A stretch of DNA of 64,000 nucleotides, taken from NCBI RefSeq assembly GCF_004010195.1, contig NC_057752.1, forward strand, positions 826,123-890,122, in the 5' to 3' direction. Within the stretch, counting starts at the first letter, position 1. Every line of letters begins with the position of its first letter. Below the pieces are notes generated by a model. That model had not been told where the DNA came from and did not search any database. It was given only the letters and a program-made list of their open reading frames with translations. This document shows, in pieces, positions 1 through 14,328 of the stretch. The position numbers and the translations under genes were made by a program. Origin of the DNA: Chiloscyllium plagiosum (Eukaryota).

Positions 1-242
1 AATTTTGCTACTCTTCTCTGTAAGTGCTGAAGCACCGTCTCTGAAACAATTTGCTCTGTCTTCTTCCAATTTCAGTAGTGAAATTAGTATACTGATAGAT
101 TGAACTGGAGATGGTCATTCTGTTTTTCTTCTTTATTTTCCTTTCACGTTTTGTCAAATCACCAAACAGAAAACTGAGCAAACTTTCATAATGGCAAAGG
201 AATTTCAGCAACAAAGAAGCTTTGTGCCCCAAACATTCCTCA

Positions 243-2800
243 TAGACCATAAGACCATAGATATAGGAGTAGATGAAAGCCATCTGGTACATCAAATCTG
301 TTCCACCATTCAATCCTCAACTCCACTTTCCTGCCTTTTCCCCATAACCTTGGATTATCTTACTGATTAAAAATCTGTCTATCTTAACGTTGAATATGCT
401 TAACGACCCAGCCTCAACAGCCCTCTGTGGTTAAAAGAAAACTGACAGATTCACTTCCCTCAGATGAAATTCCTCCTCATCTCTGTCTTTCATGGATGAC
501 CCCTTATTCTGAAATTACACCCTCTGGTCCTAGACTCTCCCACAAAGGGAAACAGCCTCTCCGCATCTACCCTGTCAGGTCCCCTAGGAATCTTTTATGG
601 TTCAGTGAAGTCTCCTCTTGCTCTTCTAAATTCCAATGCGTGCAAGCCCAAGCTACTCATTCTCTCCTAATAAGAAAATTCCTCCATAGCTGGAGTCAAC
701 TCAGTGAACCTTCTCTGGACTGCCTCCAATGCCAGCATATCATCGACAAGAGGACAAAACTGTTCACAGTATTCAAAGCGTAGTCTGACGATTGCCTTGT
801 CTATTTTTTAGCAAGACATAAATACTCTATTTCCTTTGAAATAAAGGTCGACAGTCCACATGCCTTCCTTATTACTGAGCTTGGATGCTAGCTTTTTGCG
901 AGTTGTCTATGAGGACCTCCCAAATTCCTCTGTGCTGCAACTTTCTGCATTCTTTCCCCATTTAAGTAAGTTTCATCTCTTGTACTCTTCCTGCCAAAGT
1001 GCACAACCTTATCTTCCCGCATTATATTCTATCTGCCAGGTGTTTTTGCCCATTCACTCAACCTTCCTATAACCCTCTGTTAGCTTTTTCATCACTACTA
1101 CTTACTTTTGTGCTTAACTTTGTGTCATTTACAAACTTGGTGATTGTACATTCACTTCCATCATCCAAATCATTAATATAGTTCCAAATAATTGTGGCCT
1201 CAGCATTGATTTCTGTGTACCCCATTAGTTGTACCTCGCAATCCTAACAATGCTCCTCTTATTGCAACTCTGTCTTCTAGTAATTAACCAATCCTGTATC
1301 CATGCTAATATACTACCCCACATATCATAGTTCTTATTATGTAACATTTTTGTGCAGTAACTTATCGAATGGCATTTGGAAATCCAAATATATTACATCT
1401 ACTGGTTCTCCTTCATCTATCCTGCTCCTTAAAGCTCTTCTTCTCTGTTTCTATATTACCTGCTAGTTTGCCCTCAGTTTTCTTTTCTTTCTGCTTTTTG
1501 GTAATCTTTTGTAATTTTCATGCCTTTCCCTATCCTCTGGTTTATCACAAATCTTTGCCACATTGTATGTTTTTTTCTTCCAACTTGATACTATCCTTAA
1601 CTTCTTTGGTCAATCATACTCAGTTTATCCCCTTCTTAGAATCCTTCTCCCTCACTGTGATATATCTTTGTTGTGAGGCACAAGCTATTTCTTAAATGTC
1701 TGCCATTATACCTCTCCTCATCCATCTTTTCTGCTAACTCCTTTCCCACTCCATCTGCCCTCATCTCTATGTAAATGCCATTATTTAAGTTTCGCATAGT
1801 TTTTTTCCACATTTCTTACTCTCAAACTGAATGCTAAATGTTACCATGTTATGGTCATTGTAACCAAGAGGACATTTTAATCAGATCATTTATTAAACCT
1901 GTCTCATTGCCAGATCCAAAATAGCCTGATCGCTGCTTGGATCCACAACATATTATTTTAGGAAACTGTCCTGAATATGGTCTGAGTTCCTCTTTGTGGT
2001 TACCTTTGCCAAATTAATTTTCCCAATCTATGCAAAGATTAGAGTCATCCATGATTGATATGCTGCCTTTTTACATACCCTCATTATCTCCTGTGTTATT
2101 CTATTGTTACTGTTACTGTTAGGGGGATAATAGATTACTCCAGCTAGTGTCCCTTTGTCTTTTCTCACTTCCACCCATATGGAACCTACATCATCTAATT
2201 TTAGATAATTTCTTGCTATTGTACTTATTTCATGTCATTACTAATGAAGCTACCCCACCACTCTTCCACTCCTGCCTGTCCTTTTGAAAAAGTTACATAC
2301 CCTGCTTTGATCTCCTTATAACCATGTCTAAGGAATGACTATAAGATCATACCCATTAACCACTGTTTGTGCCATTAATTCATTTGTTCTGTTCTGATTA
2401 CTATGTGCATTTCAGTAAAAGGACATTGCTTTTGCCTTTCTTGCCATTTTGTTCCACCTTTCACTCTGTTTGCAGCTTTTTTCAATGTTGGTACACTCTG
2501 TCCCTTCCTGTTCTATTCTGGGTATCATTATCAAAATAGTTTCCCTGTCATGCTACCATGTCCTTTTTCTTCGTAAGACAACTTAGCCCTCCTCCTGAAT
2601 GCACCCCTCCCCCCCCCCAATTAATATAAAGCCCGGTCTACAGCCCTAGTTATTAAATTCACAGAACACTGGGCCCAGCACGATTCAAGTGAAAGCCGCC
2701 CAACAGAACAGCTCCCTTCTACACCAGTGATGGTGCCAGTGCCCATGAACTGAAACGCATGCATCCCACACTAATCTTTAAGCCATACATTTAACTTATT
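243..2800 (-). mobile_element. Decayed CR1/HER1-type LINE (3' tail, RT and endonuclease remnants)
   Basis: CCATAAGA-type CR1 tail at ~243-260. The minus strand at ~1130-1240 reads as a degenerate RT block (..QKSMLRPQL..INDLDDGSECTITKF). Many stops and frameshifts. Ends approximate. Confidence 0.8.
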
Positions 2801-3234
2801 GACTTTCACAGTGATTGCATCCTCCAAACTTAAAATGGAATGCATATTCTCCCAAGTATTTTGGTAATTGTAAGTTAATTTTATGTGTATCATTCACAAA
2901 ATACGTTTCCTGCACCCTTGTGGTCCTGGAACTTATACACAGCAGCAAGGATCTTAATTCAATTGTGCTGTAATGACTAACTTTCCTTCTAATTTCAGGC
3001 CTTAGCAGGGTATATAAGTGCAGGCTCATACAGCTACCCAAGAGAGTGTGACATACAGGAAATGAAAACTTATGTACTGTTTTTATGAAACAGTTAATCA
3101 TGCCCATGCTTCCTGACCAATATATTTAACTGTTGCACTCAAATTTCAGCATCTCAGTTCTTCAAAAAGAAAATTGTTGACAAAGACGAGCTAAAGGAAT
3201 GCAAAACAACAGAACTAAAATGCAAATTAAAAAC

Positions 3235-3362
3235 CGAAAGAACTGTGGATGTTGTAAATCAGAAACAAAAATAGAAATTGCTGGAAAAGCTCAGCAGGTC
3301 TGCCAGAATTTTTGGAGAGAAATCAGAATTAATGTTTGGGGTTGAGTGACCTTTCCTCAGGT
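3235..3362. mobile_element. Penelope-like terminal-repeat fragment (family C) with decayed hammerhead motif
   Basis: GAAATTGCTGGAAAAGCTCAGCAGGTCTG...GAGAGAAATCAGAATTAATGTTT...TGACCTTTCCTCAG resembles copies at ~25000, ~35430 and ~46810. Confidence 0.6.
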
Positions 3363-5924
3363 CTCTCAATTGACTGTTGCATGAACTCACATAAAAGCAA
3401 TTAACTTTGCAGCCTTAAAGGAACAAATATTAACATTTTGATGGAAGAATTGTGTACAGTACATTTACAAAGTATTTTGACCATGGGATAATTAAGCTTT
3501 GAGCTAAGCTTCTCTTTACTTTCCTAATTAGATTTTGTTTGCTTTAAAAGGACAAAGCTGCACCTTATCAGAATAATACATTGTGAATGACAAAATTCCA
3601 GACTTTATTAAATAGCATGTCACAAGTAGTGTCACAGATCATGTGACACTAGCTGTTCTTTCAAAAGTTTTACATCGAACATGCATCTCAAAATAATACT
3701 GTTATAGATACAACCTTTTTTGGAAAGTGAAAGAAAGCCAGTCATTAACCGGAAACCTGAAATTCAGTGCAATGGTTTTAACTGCACAAACTAGATTACA
3801 CCCTAGATCCCAGACTGCAATGTGATTGGATATCCGATGTATGTCAAAATTCAAGCATCATGCAGGAAAATGTTTTTTTAAAAAACCGGAAGTTCAAAAT
3901 AACAATTAACTTTTATATGACCTCAGGATGTGTGTTTAACAGTAATTAGTTTATAATTCTAATTTAATCAGGATATGCCAATTCACAGCAATTAGAATTT
4001 GTGATAGATTAGATGAAGCATAACACTAACAGAATAACACATATATTCCTTCTTTACTTTGAGCAATGCCTGGGAGGTCTATTGATACACAGCTTTACCT
4101 TGAAAATCCAATTGGGATGTATAAATAATGCAGCCTTGAGGGTAGAATCAACAGTAAAGTATTGATTCTTCACAGTAGATCTCTTCATAATAAGGGAATA
4201 GTTCACTCAGAGGAGAGGGAGCAGGGCCATTGCATGAAGTCAAGAAATTGTAATATAATATAAATGTACCATCCACTAGGTTGACAAAACAATGTGATAT
4301 TTCTAAGTGCATTGCACCTCTCCTAAAATAGATTGCTGGTGGTTTATGGAGCTGCTGCCTGGAACCATGTTGCTCCAGAGAGTTCCATTGAATTTATTTA
4401 CTTCCAGAGCAGATTTCCCTGGTTTAGTGTGTGATGAATTTTATTTGGAAAATGAAAGAAAGCCAATCATTAAACTGGAACCTGAAATTTCCAAGTAGTT
4501 ACTACTGCCCTCTTGATTTATCTCAGTACTTTATCAGGATCCTGCAATGTGATGTAGGAGCACATTTGGTTTTTTTTCCCCCTTTGCATGTCTTCATTTG
4601 TCAAAATTTTGGCAAATGTGAGCAGCTTGTGGTATACCCAGGATTTCCAGTGAAATTTCCAGTAACATCAAGTTTGGCTCAAGTCTTCAGGTCAAGTTAA
4701 TAACTAAACTGAAGCTATATTTTAAAGATGAGCTGCATTTATAAATATTTACCAAATTTTAGCTTATTATTTCCCTTCCCTCCCCCAAACCAGCTTAACC
4801 CTACCCATTGTCAATATTTGCTTATGTTTTCTGCATGCTGGGGGACAATTCTATAGTGCTAAATACCTTTCAGTACCTTAAATGAGTGGTGATTAATCTC
4901 ACATGATGTTTGACCATGACTATTGAGCTATTCAACTGCAAGGAGTATCACTGATGAGCCCAGTCTTATTCTCTCATCGCTGAATGTCCATGCATGTGCA
5001 CTTGCTCCACAAAAGTTGTTGCTGACATGTTGGGTATGGTAATTCAGAGATTGTGGTACCGGCTAGGAACTTAGATGATGAGAGTTCAGCTCATACTAGA
5101 CTATGTTGTCAAATTTAATTCAATCTTGGTCATTTGTGGGCTAGCACCAGAAGGTGATCTTGTAATCTCCTGGATTGTGCCAACTGGTTCACAAAAGGCC
5201 TTCAGGAATGAGAACCTGTCACCCCAGCCTGATCGGGCTTTTTTATAGCCACATAATTGATCGACTTAAAATATCTACTGGGTACTCTACACTGGCTGGG
5301 CCAGTGTTCGCTGCCTCTCAAAAATACGTTTAAGTAATGGTGGTCAGTAGCATGAGCTATTTCTTCATGATATTTTCCAGAAATCAACTACATATCTTGG
5401 GTGATCAAGGGAGGTTAGGGACCAAAATTTATACTCATTGGAAAATGATTGGACTTTTATTTTCAGGTTGCCAGTTTCTGGAGTTGTTTCATTAAAGCCA
5501 TCGGGTATAAAAAGTCTAATTGTATAATTAAAAAGATTTTCTAAACCACACTCACACATACACACTCTCACTCTCACACACTGGTAATATCACTGAAAAG
5601 TTTCAGTGCTATGTAAAATGTATTTATTTGATTTAAACGAGCAACTGTCCTAACTTAAACTGAATGAAGCAGAATCTAACACATGAGGGTGGAGAGGAAA
5701 TGTTTACCAATGCACCTTCCCATGGAGCAGCAAAGATAATTAATTTATCGAGGCTCTTTGTTTCCATTTATTACCGATCATATTCCCAGCCTATCCTATT
5801 TGAATAGGAAATGAAACTTTAAACTGGCTGCCTCAAGCAACAAGGATTAGTAACTATACTGTCAACGTCAGTGCATTGTGCTATGCCTTATGCCATTGAG
5901 TCATCACAGTTGCCTCTCTGGGTA

Positions 5925-6135
5925 AATGATAAAGAACCCTGGGAGACAAGGAAGGAAATTCTCCATGTTCTGGTCAATATTCCTCCTTCAACCAACACCA
6001 CCTAGAGCAGACTGATTGGTCATTCCACAGTGCTGTTTGGGAGATTTTGCTGTGTGTTAAATTCTAACTGCATTTTGTTCGTGTAACAGCAGTAACTTGT
6101 AGGTGAAGTCATTTGAGGCGTATTCCCAAGATGTT
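5925..6135 (+). mobile_element. Deu-domain SINE fragment (SacSINE1-like)
   Basis: TGGTCAATATTCCTCCTTCAACCAACACC...TGCTGTTTGGGAGATTTTGCTGTGTG matches the recalled Deu core. Related copies lie at ~16750-17100 (-), ~24500-24830, ~31350-31610 and ~35070-35300. Confidence 0.55.
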
Positions 6136-6171
6136 TGTAAGGCCTCCTTTGAGTTGCCACTGTGATAAGTA

Positions 6172-6387
6172 CAGTCAGTTCTGCTATAACACGTGTTTCT
6201 TCCACATGAATTGGCTGTAATGTGATTGAAGAATTTAGACCATTATTTGTAGAACATGAACTTTCCCTACCTGTATTGGCTATAACATGATTCCAGTCTC
6301 ATTGGTTTAAATTGTGCTGCTATTACACGGTTTTCTTACACGGGATCGCATGGGAATAGAACTATCATTTTATATCAGAACAGACTG
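6172..6387. mobile_element. Tc1/pogo(Tigger)-like MITE
   Basis: Terminal inverted repeats (TIRs) CAGTCAGTTCTGCTATAAC / TTTATATCAGAACAGACTG match at 16/19. TA flanks both ends (6170-6171, 6388-6389). No coding capacity. Confidence 0.75.
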
Positions 6388-7265
6388 TATGCGGGAAGGG
6401 AGCTTTTGTTCATTTGTTATCTCTTTCTGTCCCACCCTCCCCCGACAAAACCCCCATGCCTACTCCTTTCCAGTCAGTAATTATGTAGAATGAGATAAAT
6501 TCAATGGAGCAACATCTCCCTTTCCTAGATTTGGAAGCCATGATCCCACCCTTGACTACTTGTTCCTGCATCCCCACATCTTTACAGAGAAGTAAAAGCT
6601 TCTATTTAATGTACAGCACACTGAGGCAAGTGGTTGCTCCAATTACACAGGGGGTAAGAAGGCTGGGGATAGGTTTAAAGTTTAACAACCTTGCCTGGGT
6701 TGGAGAAGCTTTTGTCTACATTTTGCTGGATGAAGTACATGGAAAATTAGAAATAAAGAGTTGATTGTTTTATGGTTAATGAGCAAAGTATGTATGTGTG
6801 TGTGTAATATGCAGTCATCTTGCACTATGGGTGGGAGAATAAAATGAGTTTGAAAAGCGGTAGGATTTACTAATTTTTCAGAAGGCAATAGGCTCCTGAC
6901 GTTGTGTTGTGACAAAAGGCTGTTCAGTCCCTCTTCAACAGCTAATTGCTACTCTCAGTGAAGGCAAACATCCACTTTAATGCTTGTTCCTAGTATGTTG
7001 GTGAAATAACAAAAGTAATTGGTATCAAGAACTTGACGTGAGAGGTGCATTTTGCAAATCAATTGCATGTTCTGAGTTTTTAAAATGATAATTGTTCTAT
7101 TCATGCCTTGTGAGATGCACAGGATCAACAGTGCCCACATCTGTACCCTAGATCAGCTGTTTCCTTTTGCAATTATTAATGTGAAGCTGTGCTCTGCAGT
7201 AATCTTTTCTCCAATGTCTTTCTCCAATTGCTTCTACTACTTGCTTTGCTGGATTCTGGGTGCAG

Positions 7266-7325
7266 CCAAACGCAGGGTGTGGAAATTAAAGCGTTTTGGT
7301 AGTTTAAGAAATATTTACAGAGCAG
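7266..7325 (+). CDS. AGAP2: AGAP2 60-nt cassette exon within the PH domain ([20 protein letters not shown])
   Basis: tgcag| acceptor, |gtaacg donor, symmetric phase 1/1, in frame with the next exon. Resembles the recalled human PIKE-L segment [20 protein letters not shown]. Confidence 0.85.
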
Positions 7326-8573
7326 GTAACGTTATTTTAAATTGCATCCAATGGCTAGAACCATTGTTAGTTGTTGTGTGTTCTGTCCAGAGTACATCTG
7401 TGTTCAAGCGTTTGTCCTGTGCCTTTGCTTTTCAGTGTCCTTTTGCGTTGTGAATGTTAAATCTTTACTCCTAAGCCTGCCTGGGCACTGAATCCTATGT
7501 TTTATTGTTCTTCTGGTTTGGCTGTGTGTGTGGAGGGTGTAAGGGACAGGGGAAAGAAGGGCCTGAAAACAGGCCGGCCCAGTATATATTTTAAGATAAT
7601 CGAAAGGAAAATTGTTTTCATGTTCATGTACAGTATGTGCAAAATAAAGGACAAATGTCCTACACATTTGAAAGAAGGCTACCCTGTTAATTAAACTGCA
7701 CATTAAAAAAAGGGTTATGTTAGCCTGAAAATCCATTTTGGTGGATGCACAATGAGGCTTGAGCAAAAGAAAGATTCCAGCTGATGGAACCCCTTTTAAA
7801 TCTGACGGAGGATTTCTTCAGGTTGCATGCAATTTGTGAGAAACATTGTCAGCATAATGGGGCAATCATAGGTGCTACATCTCACAAAGTTAGAAAATCT
7901 TTCTTAAAGAATATGTGACTGTAGAACAGATCCCCTCCCCTTCCTGTCTGATATCCTGGGATAAAGGTCCTTGGATTCTGGCCAACTCTTCTGTACTTTG
8001 GCTCTGTGACCTCCTGTATTGTCTTTAGATAGTGATTATCCACAGGCTAGTTGAACTTGGTACATCACATCAGAGCCCAATCTTGACTATTCATGTACCT
8101 ACTTTGCATTCTTTGATGGAATTAGTAGTTGGAATTTTGGCTGATTTTCCCATGACCCAAAGTTGGTACATTGAGGCAAATTGTTGTGCTTCTGCTATCG
8201 TTACTCAATAAAGACCAGGTTCAAACTTGGGATGCTCCTCAGTCTCATACTGGCCAGTAAATTTACTGACTGATCCAATAGGGGTGAAGGAAACCTGTTG
8301 ATTGTTTCAATCTCCATTTAAAAAATGTTTTTTGATATTCTTTTGTAACAATAACCTTTTACATTTTGTGTCATTGATTAATCTGTTCCACATAAATGTA
8401 CAATTCCGTTTGTCAAATATGAGTCAATATGCACAGCATGCTGTGAATTCACTGCTTATTCATAACCAACCCTGGGCAAAACAGCCAAGTTCACAGACCT
8501 TAACATTAATGACTACTTCATAATGCTGCTGGGGAATAAAAAATCTGTTTTCTCCTAATTATCCCTCTCACAG

Positions 8574-8728
8574 AACAAGAGGAGAACATTGAGTTCACTA
8601 TTGTCTCCAGCACCGGCCAGATGTGGTACTTTGAAGCAGTGAACTTTGAAGAGAGGGATGCCTGGGTCCAAGCCATTGAAAGTCAAATCCTGGCCAGTCT
8701 GCAGTCCTGTGAAAGTAGCAAGAACAAG
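8574..8728 (+). CDS. AGAP2: AGAP2 exon, PH domain C-terminus (EQEENIEFTIVSSTGQMWYFEAVNFEERDAWVQAIESQILASLQSCESSKNK)
   Basis: ctctcacag| acceptor, AAG|gtaact donor, phase 1 to 0. AGAP signature ERDAWVQAIESQILASLQ. Confidence 0.95.
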
Positions 8729-9844
8729 GTAACTTGGTCAGCAAACCTGGGTATGATTACTGTTAATGTACTTCAAGCAAAAAGATATCCCAATAGGTGT
8801 TTATGCTGCCTCCAAAGTTAATCCTTAAAGTGCATTAGATAAGATGCCTTTTTATGCAAATTTGTTTTATATCCTATAAGTGAACAGTTTCACAAAATTT
8901 GTGTTCATTGAGGATGGTAGTGCAGGGGCACATATTTTGACAATTTTGTCAGCTTCAGCTATGCTTAATGTTCTTCAAACTTGTTTTAAGGTACTGTGTA
9001 ATCCAAGATTGAATGAAAAGGAAACATATTGATTTAGTGAGACAGAGTCACTCCTAGCTCTACAACAGAGATTCAACACTTCCTGCCACATCAAGTTGAA
9101 ATTTTCAATGTCCTTCAACAATCATTCTACTCTGTCCAAGTTTTCTGGACCCGATTATCACCAGCCAGGCAGGCCTCAAAGAATTCCACTTGTGCCTCAG
9201 GTCACAACAGTCTTGATAACCCAAAATTCCAGATTTTCCTGCATTCACCATCTTTAAATGATTTAGTTATCTTTGGTAAAACTGTTTTTTCCCATAGAGG
9301 GGTTTTCTCTGCTCCCCATAATTTCCTCCAGAACAAAGAAGACCTATTCCTGAGAGAATTCCAGTTCTCATCTCCCTACCTCTCGGCAGCAGCTCTTCCT
9401 TTGTAAGTTTCCCTGAGAGGTGCCATTTGACATGTCAATGGGTCCAATTGACTTTATATTCCTTCTCAACTCTCATTCCCTTGGCAATATGTGCACTTCC
9501 CCAAACTGAGGTGTTCATTCTGAATTCCAAATACGCCTTTCCAAAATTCTCTTTCACTTTGGATTTAAAAAGACATTTCAAAACACAAAAGCCTTGCAAC
9601 ATTCCACGTTCATTACACTTTGGTCACCATCTTTAGCTTCAGTCAATGCAAAAGTAAACTACAGCAGACCAGTTGCTCAGTTCTAAATGCAATTGATTTT
9701 CCAATTCCTTGGCCAGATATTGGCCCAACTTGACTTTACCCAGACCAGAATTTCAGGTCTGCAATTTACTGGAAGAGAGCAGTCCTTTCCATACTGCCCT
9801 CATTTATCCATTGAGTTCCCTAAATTATACCTTTTATACCTTAG

Positions 9845-9935
9845 GCTCGGATGGACAGCCGGAGTGAAGCTGTTGCCCTTCAGGCGATAAGAAATGCCAA
9901 AGGAAATTCATTCTGTGTTGACTGCGCTGCTGCAA
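9845..9935 (+). CDS. AGAP2: AGAP2 exon, start of ArfGAP domain ([30 protein letters not shown])
   Basis: ccttag| acceptor, A|gtaaga donor, phase 0 to 1. Contains the first CxxC of the ArfGAP zinc finger. Confidence 0.95.
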
Positions 9936-10727
9936 GTAAGAATCTATATTTTCTTTTCAAAGTCATCAGCAAAATTAAACTTATTGGATTTGGTCAAAAT
10001 TTTGTCATCTTTTTGCAAAATGGGCCCAGTCTGTATGTTTAAATTGTCAAGTTCACTTCTGACTAGGGCACAGTATCACTTCAGTAAGGTGACCTAGTCA
10101 TGAAATTATGTGTGGCATAGAAGTATAGATAGTAAGTGTCCTCGAATCATGCAAACACTGCGGTAGGTGAAAAGTGGTTGTACAGGCTATGGGATAGGGA
10201 CAATTATAATTCCTGTACTTCCTGGCGTGTTTCCAGAAGTGTTTCTGGAAGCTTTGGTTGGCAGCCACAGAGGCTGAGTGGAGTAGGTCCGATATCTGCC
10301 CTACTCTTGAGGTAACCAATTTGTGAAAATAGATCTATGTGTTAGGCACTAAAAAGAAGGATCCCCACAAATTTGGCAATGTGAGCAGTGCTTGTATAGA
10401 TTGGGCAGAGGTCAGCTCAGAGCTAAATAGTTTGTTTTTTTCCTGAAAAATGGGTATGACTGGTGAAAAAACTAAATGTCAAACTAGAAGAACAGAATTT
10501 CTTATTCTCTATCAGCTAACTCTCCCTACACTCTGACTCTTTTGAAGGCACCGACTGCAGTAGCAAGGAGAGCAATCTGCTGCCAGATATGCCTGTTTTA
10601 AGATGGCCGTAGATCATGTACAAGACAGGTCTGGTGGCTCCACATGTGACCAATGTGCAGCACCTTCTATATCTGCTGACGCATTTATTTTCACATATTA
10701 TCAAATTTTGAAAACAACATAAAGTGA

Positions 10728-11027
<300 letters not shown>

Positions 11028-12976
11028 TGAGGGGACAAAGCCATAGTTCTGAATATCTTATATACGTGGTGAAATGCTGCTCATTCCCATCAGCAAATTG
11101 TATTGTATATGTGCATTACCCCATTCTTTGTATGTGTAGGAGACCCACTCCAGTTTGGCTGATAGCTCCAAGCATTGAAAGGCACTCTGTAATGCTTGGA
11201 ATCCCCATCTTCATTCGAGTGTTTTACCAAGCACTGTACTTGGAATGTGAAATTTTTCACACACACAAGAATAGAAGACCCCTCTTCTAGCTTGTTTTGA
11301 AAATTTGGAATTTTCAGCTAAAGTTAAGATTAGCCTTTCACTCAAAGATGAAATAAACTAGCAGGGTCTTTGACTGATTAAAAATAGGGATGGAGTCAGC
11401 CTGCAGTTCATGTTTTGAGACCCCAAACCAAGTTTGTCATGTAAGCCCTGTCTGAAGATTCGTAGTCCATTGCTCTTGTGGCTCAGTGAGTACATTTTTT
11501 GTTCGGTGTTGGATTGAACCATTCCAATACAAAAATGTCCAATTCGATACCAGGTCATAGATTAGTTGAATGAGACACTGTGGGAGGTCATTCAGTCCAT
11601 TGTGTCCCTGCTGAAGGAACTGACTTCAGCCAGATAGGTTGTGGGGATATATGATTGGTTTTAGTGCTCCGCAATAGGGAACTTGATCAAATTTGGAGAA
11701 GATAAGTTAGGATTTTGGCTGCAATCTCTTGTCTCATTGGGCAAATAGTCTGTCTATGTTGAATGAGGGACCAAAAGCTGCCAGCTGCTGTTCAAGTTGT
11801 AGCCCAGCACCGTTCAGATGTGAGGAAGGGATAAAACAGTCACAATTCATACTCTTAAGTGTCATTGTTACCACCTAACTAGGAAGAGTGTGCTGATAAT
11901 TGTGCTCCTCTGTTCCACAAGGCATCACTGAATGTTTAAAGTTCCAATGAGACCCCCAAGATGTCCAATTTACTGAACTGATTGCTATTCAGGACAAAAT
12001 CAATTCATACCTGTTTTCATCATTAACAGAAAATAATGTTTTAAAACCACTTAACTTTCAGAAATGGCAGAGAAAAGAGGATTTCTAATGTGTTAGACTG
12101 AAGGGTCTGTTTCCATGCTGTTTAACTCTATGATAACAGAAATCCCTTTAAAACTCAAAATAAGTACATACTCATTAACGACTAAAACAAATGAAAGACA
12201 GACAGTTTGACATTGATATTATTGGTGGAAAAGAATATAGATATGCTGAGCAAAGTCTGGAAGTTCATAAGTTCAGATTTCAAGGGTAGGTTAGGTTGTC
12301 TCACATGGTTCCTCCTAATTTTTTTTTAGCAATGATGATATGCTGCTCTCTGTAGAGTGTTGTTTGTTCTTCACTTTGATAGTTGATCGAGCAGACCTGT
12401 ATTTTTCTTATTAGAATTCTTTCTTTTAAGCATTCTTGTTTTTTTTTCTGTCTTTTTTTTTTTAACCCCCACACAGAGGGAGAGAAAGATGGAGACATGT
12501 TCAGTTTGCAGGCTCTGGAAGTCTCTGCTGTCCTGGCACTTCCAGCTTTGTCACAAACTGCAGCCTAATTAATCAGAGGACTGTGTCATTACACAAAATC
12601 TCCTTAAATCATGGACTCTTAATATTAGTCTCAAATTTTATCTCCCTTACTGCTTTGAAAACAAAATTTTTCTGGCACAGCTAAAAATATGCAGCACTTT
12701 ATTTTTCCAAGTTGCAAAACTCTCCTAGTATTTAATATATGCACCTATCCAAATTCCATTTTGGTTGATAATCCTAAAAAAGATAAAATAGTGGTATCTT
12801 ACATCATTATTATGTCAAATATAGGTATTACCAAATCTCAGTTTTAAAATTAAAACAATTTTCAAGAAAATAGTTTAGAATCTGGGTGGGGGAAAGTTTG
12901 CATCAAGCACTTCCAACTCATGAATTCTCCCAAAAGAGGTTCACACACCTTGCCACTATCTAACAAAATTTCACCC

Positions 12977-14328
12977 TTTGCAATTTTTGTGAAGGTTTGT
13001 AGCTCGGATTGTAAGTGTGCTTGCTGAGCTGGAAGATTTATTCTCAGACGTTTCATCACCATGCTAGGTAACATTATCAATGAGCCTCCATTGAAGCACT
13101 GGTGTCCTGTCCCGCTCTCTATTTGTGTGTCTTGGTCTGTTACAGTGGGTGATATCCCTTCCGGTTCATTTTTTGAGAGGTTTGTAAATGGGGTCCAAAT
13201 CGATGTGTTTGTTAATGGAGTTCCAGTTTGAATGCCAGGCTTCTAGGAATTCCCATCCGTGTCTTTGTTTAGCCTGTTCCAGGATGTATGTATTGTCCTA
13301 GTCGAACTGGTGTCCCTCGTTGTCTGTGTCAATGACAAGCCGACAACCAAATCAATGGGACACCCATGGGATCACCAATATCAGGATTCTTGGCAGAAGT
13401 AACTTGCAGATGTTGGAATGAGCAACCCTCCCCACGATCCAGCTCAAGCTTTGGGTCCGCTATGTGGATGACACCTTTGTCATCATGAAATGGAACAAAT
13501 TAGAAAAAAACCACAAACACATAAACAACATCCTTACTGATATAAAGTTCACCAATGAGGAAGAGAACAACAATAGACTCCTCTTCCAGATGTCATTGTA
13601 GAACGAAAAGCTAACGGAGAGCTGCAGACCAGCGTCTACAAGAAAGCGACACATACTGACCAGATACTCAACTACAGGAGCAATTATCCCAACACCCACA
13701 AATGGAGCTGTATCAGGATATTATTTAAACGAGCCGCAATACACTGCAGCACCCAGGAACTATGGGATGCCGAAGAAAAACACCTATACAATGTATTCAG
13801 GAACAACGGGTAAGCACAGTCCACCGATTCTCACGCAACAAACGTAAACATGAATGTACAACACGCCCAGAGACTCTCGCCACACTACCACACATTAAAG
13901 ACATCTCAGACAACCAGACTACTCCAGCCCCTTGGCATCATGGTGGCTCACAAACCTACCAACACATTGAAACAACTCTTGATGAATCTAAAGGACCAGC
14001 AGAACAAACGTCACATCCAAAATACCCTGCAAGGACTGCAACAGACACTACATCAGACAGACTGGCCGGAAACTAGCCACCAAGATACATGAGCACAAGC
14101 TAATCACCAAAAGACATGACCAACTATCACTAGTATCTATACATTATAGACAATGAGGGACACCAGTTCAACTGGGACAATACATCCATCCTGGGACAGG
14201 CTAAACAAAGATACGCACGGAATTCCTAGAGGCCTGTCTTCAATGGAGGTTCACTGGTGAAATTATCTAGTATGGTGATGAAACATCTGAGAACAAACCT
14301 TCCATCTCAGCAAGCAAATTTACAACCT
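12977..14328. mobile_element. Penelope-like element (family A), inverted-repeat structure with RT/GIY-YIG remnants
   Basis: RT motif WVRYVDDTFV at ~13453-13485 (+). HKPTNTLKQ segment leads into the GIY-YIG region. Terminal repeats are inverted. 11-bp TSD AAATTTCACCC at 12966-12976 and 14329-14339. Confidence 0.88.

Noticed and set aside
1..7265. Further upstream AGAP2 coding exons
   Set aside because: No segment with AGAP PH or GTPase-like similarity was found. They presumably lie before the window.
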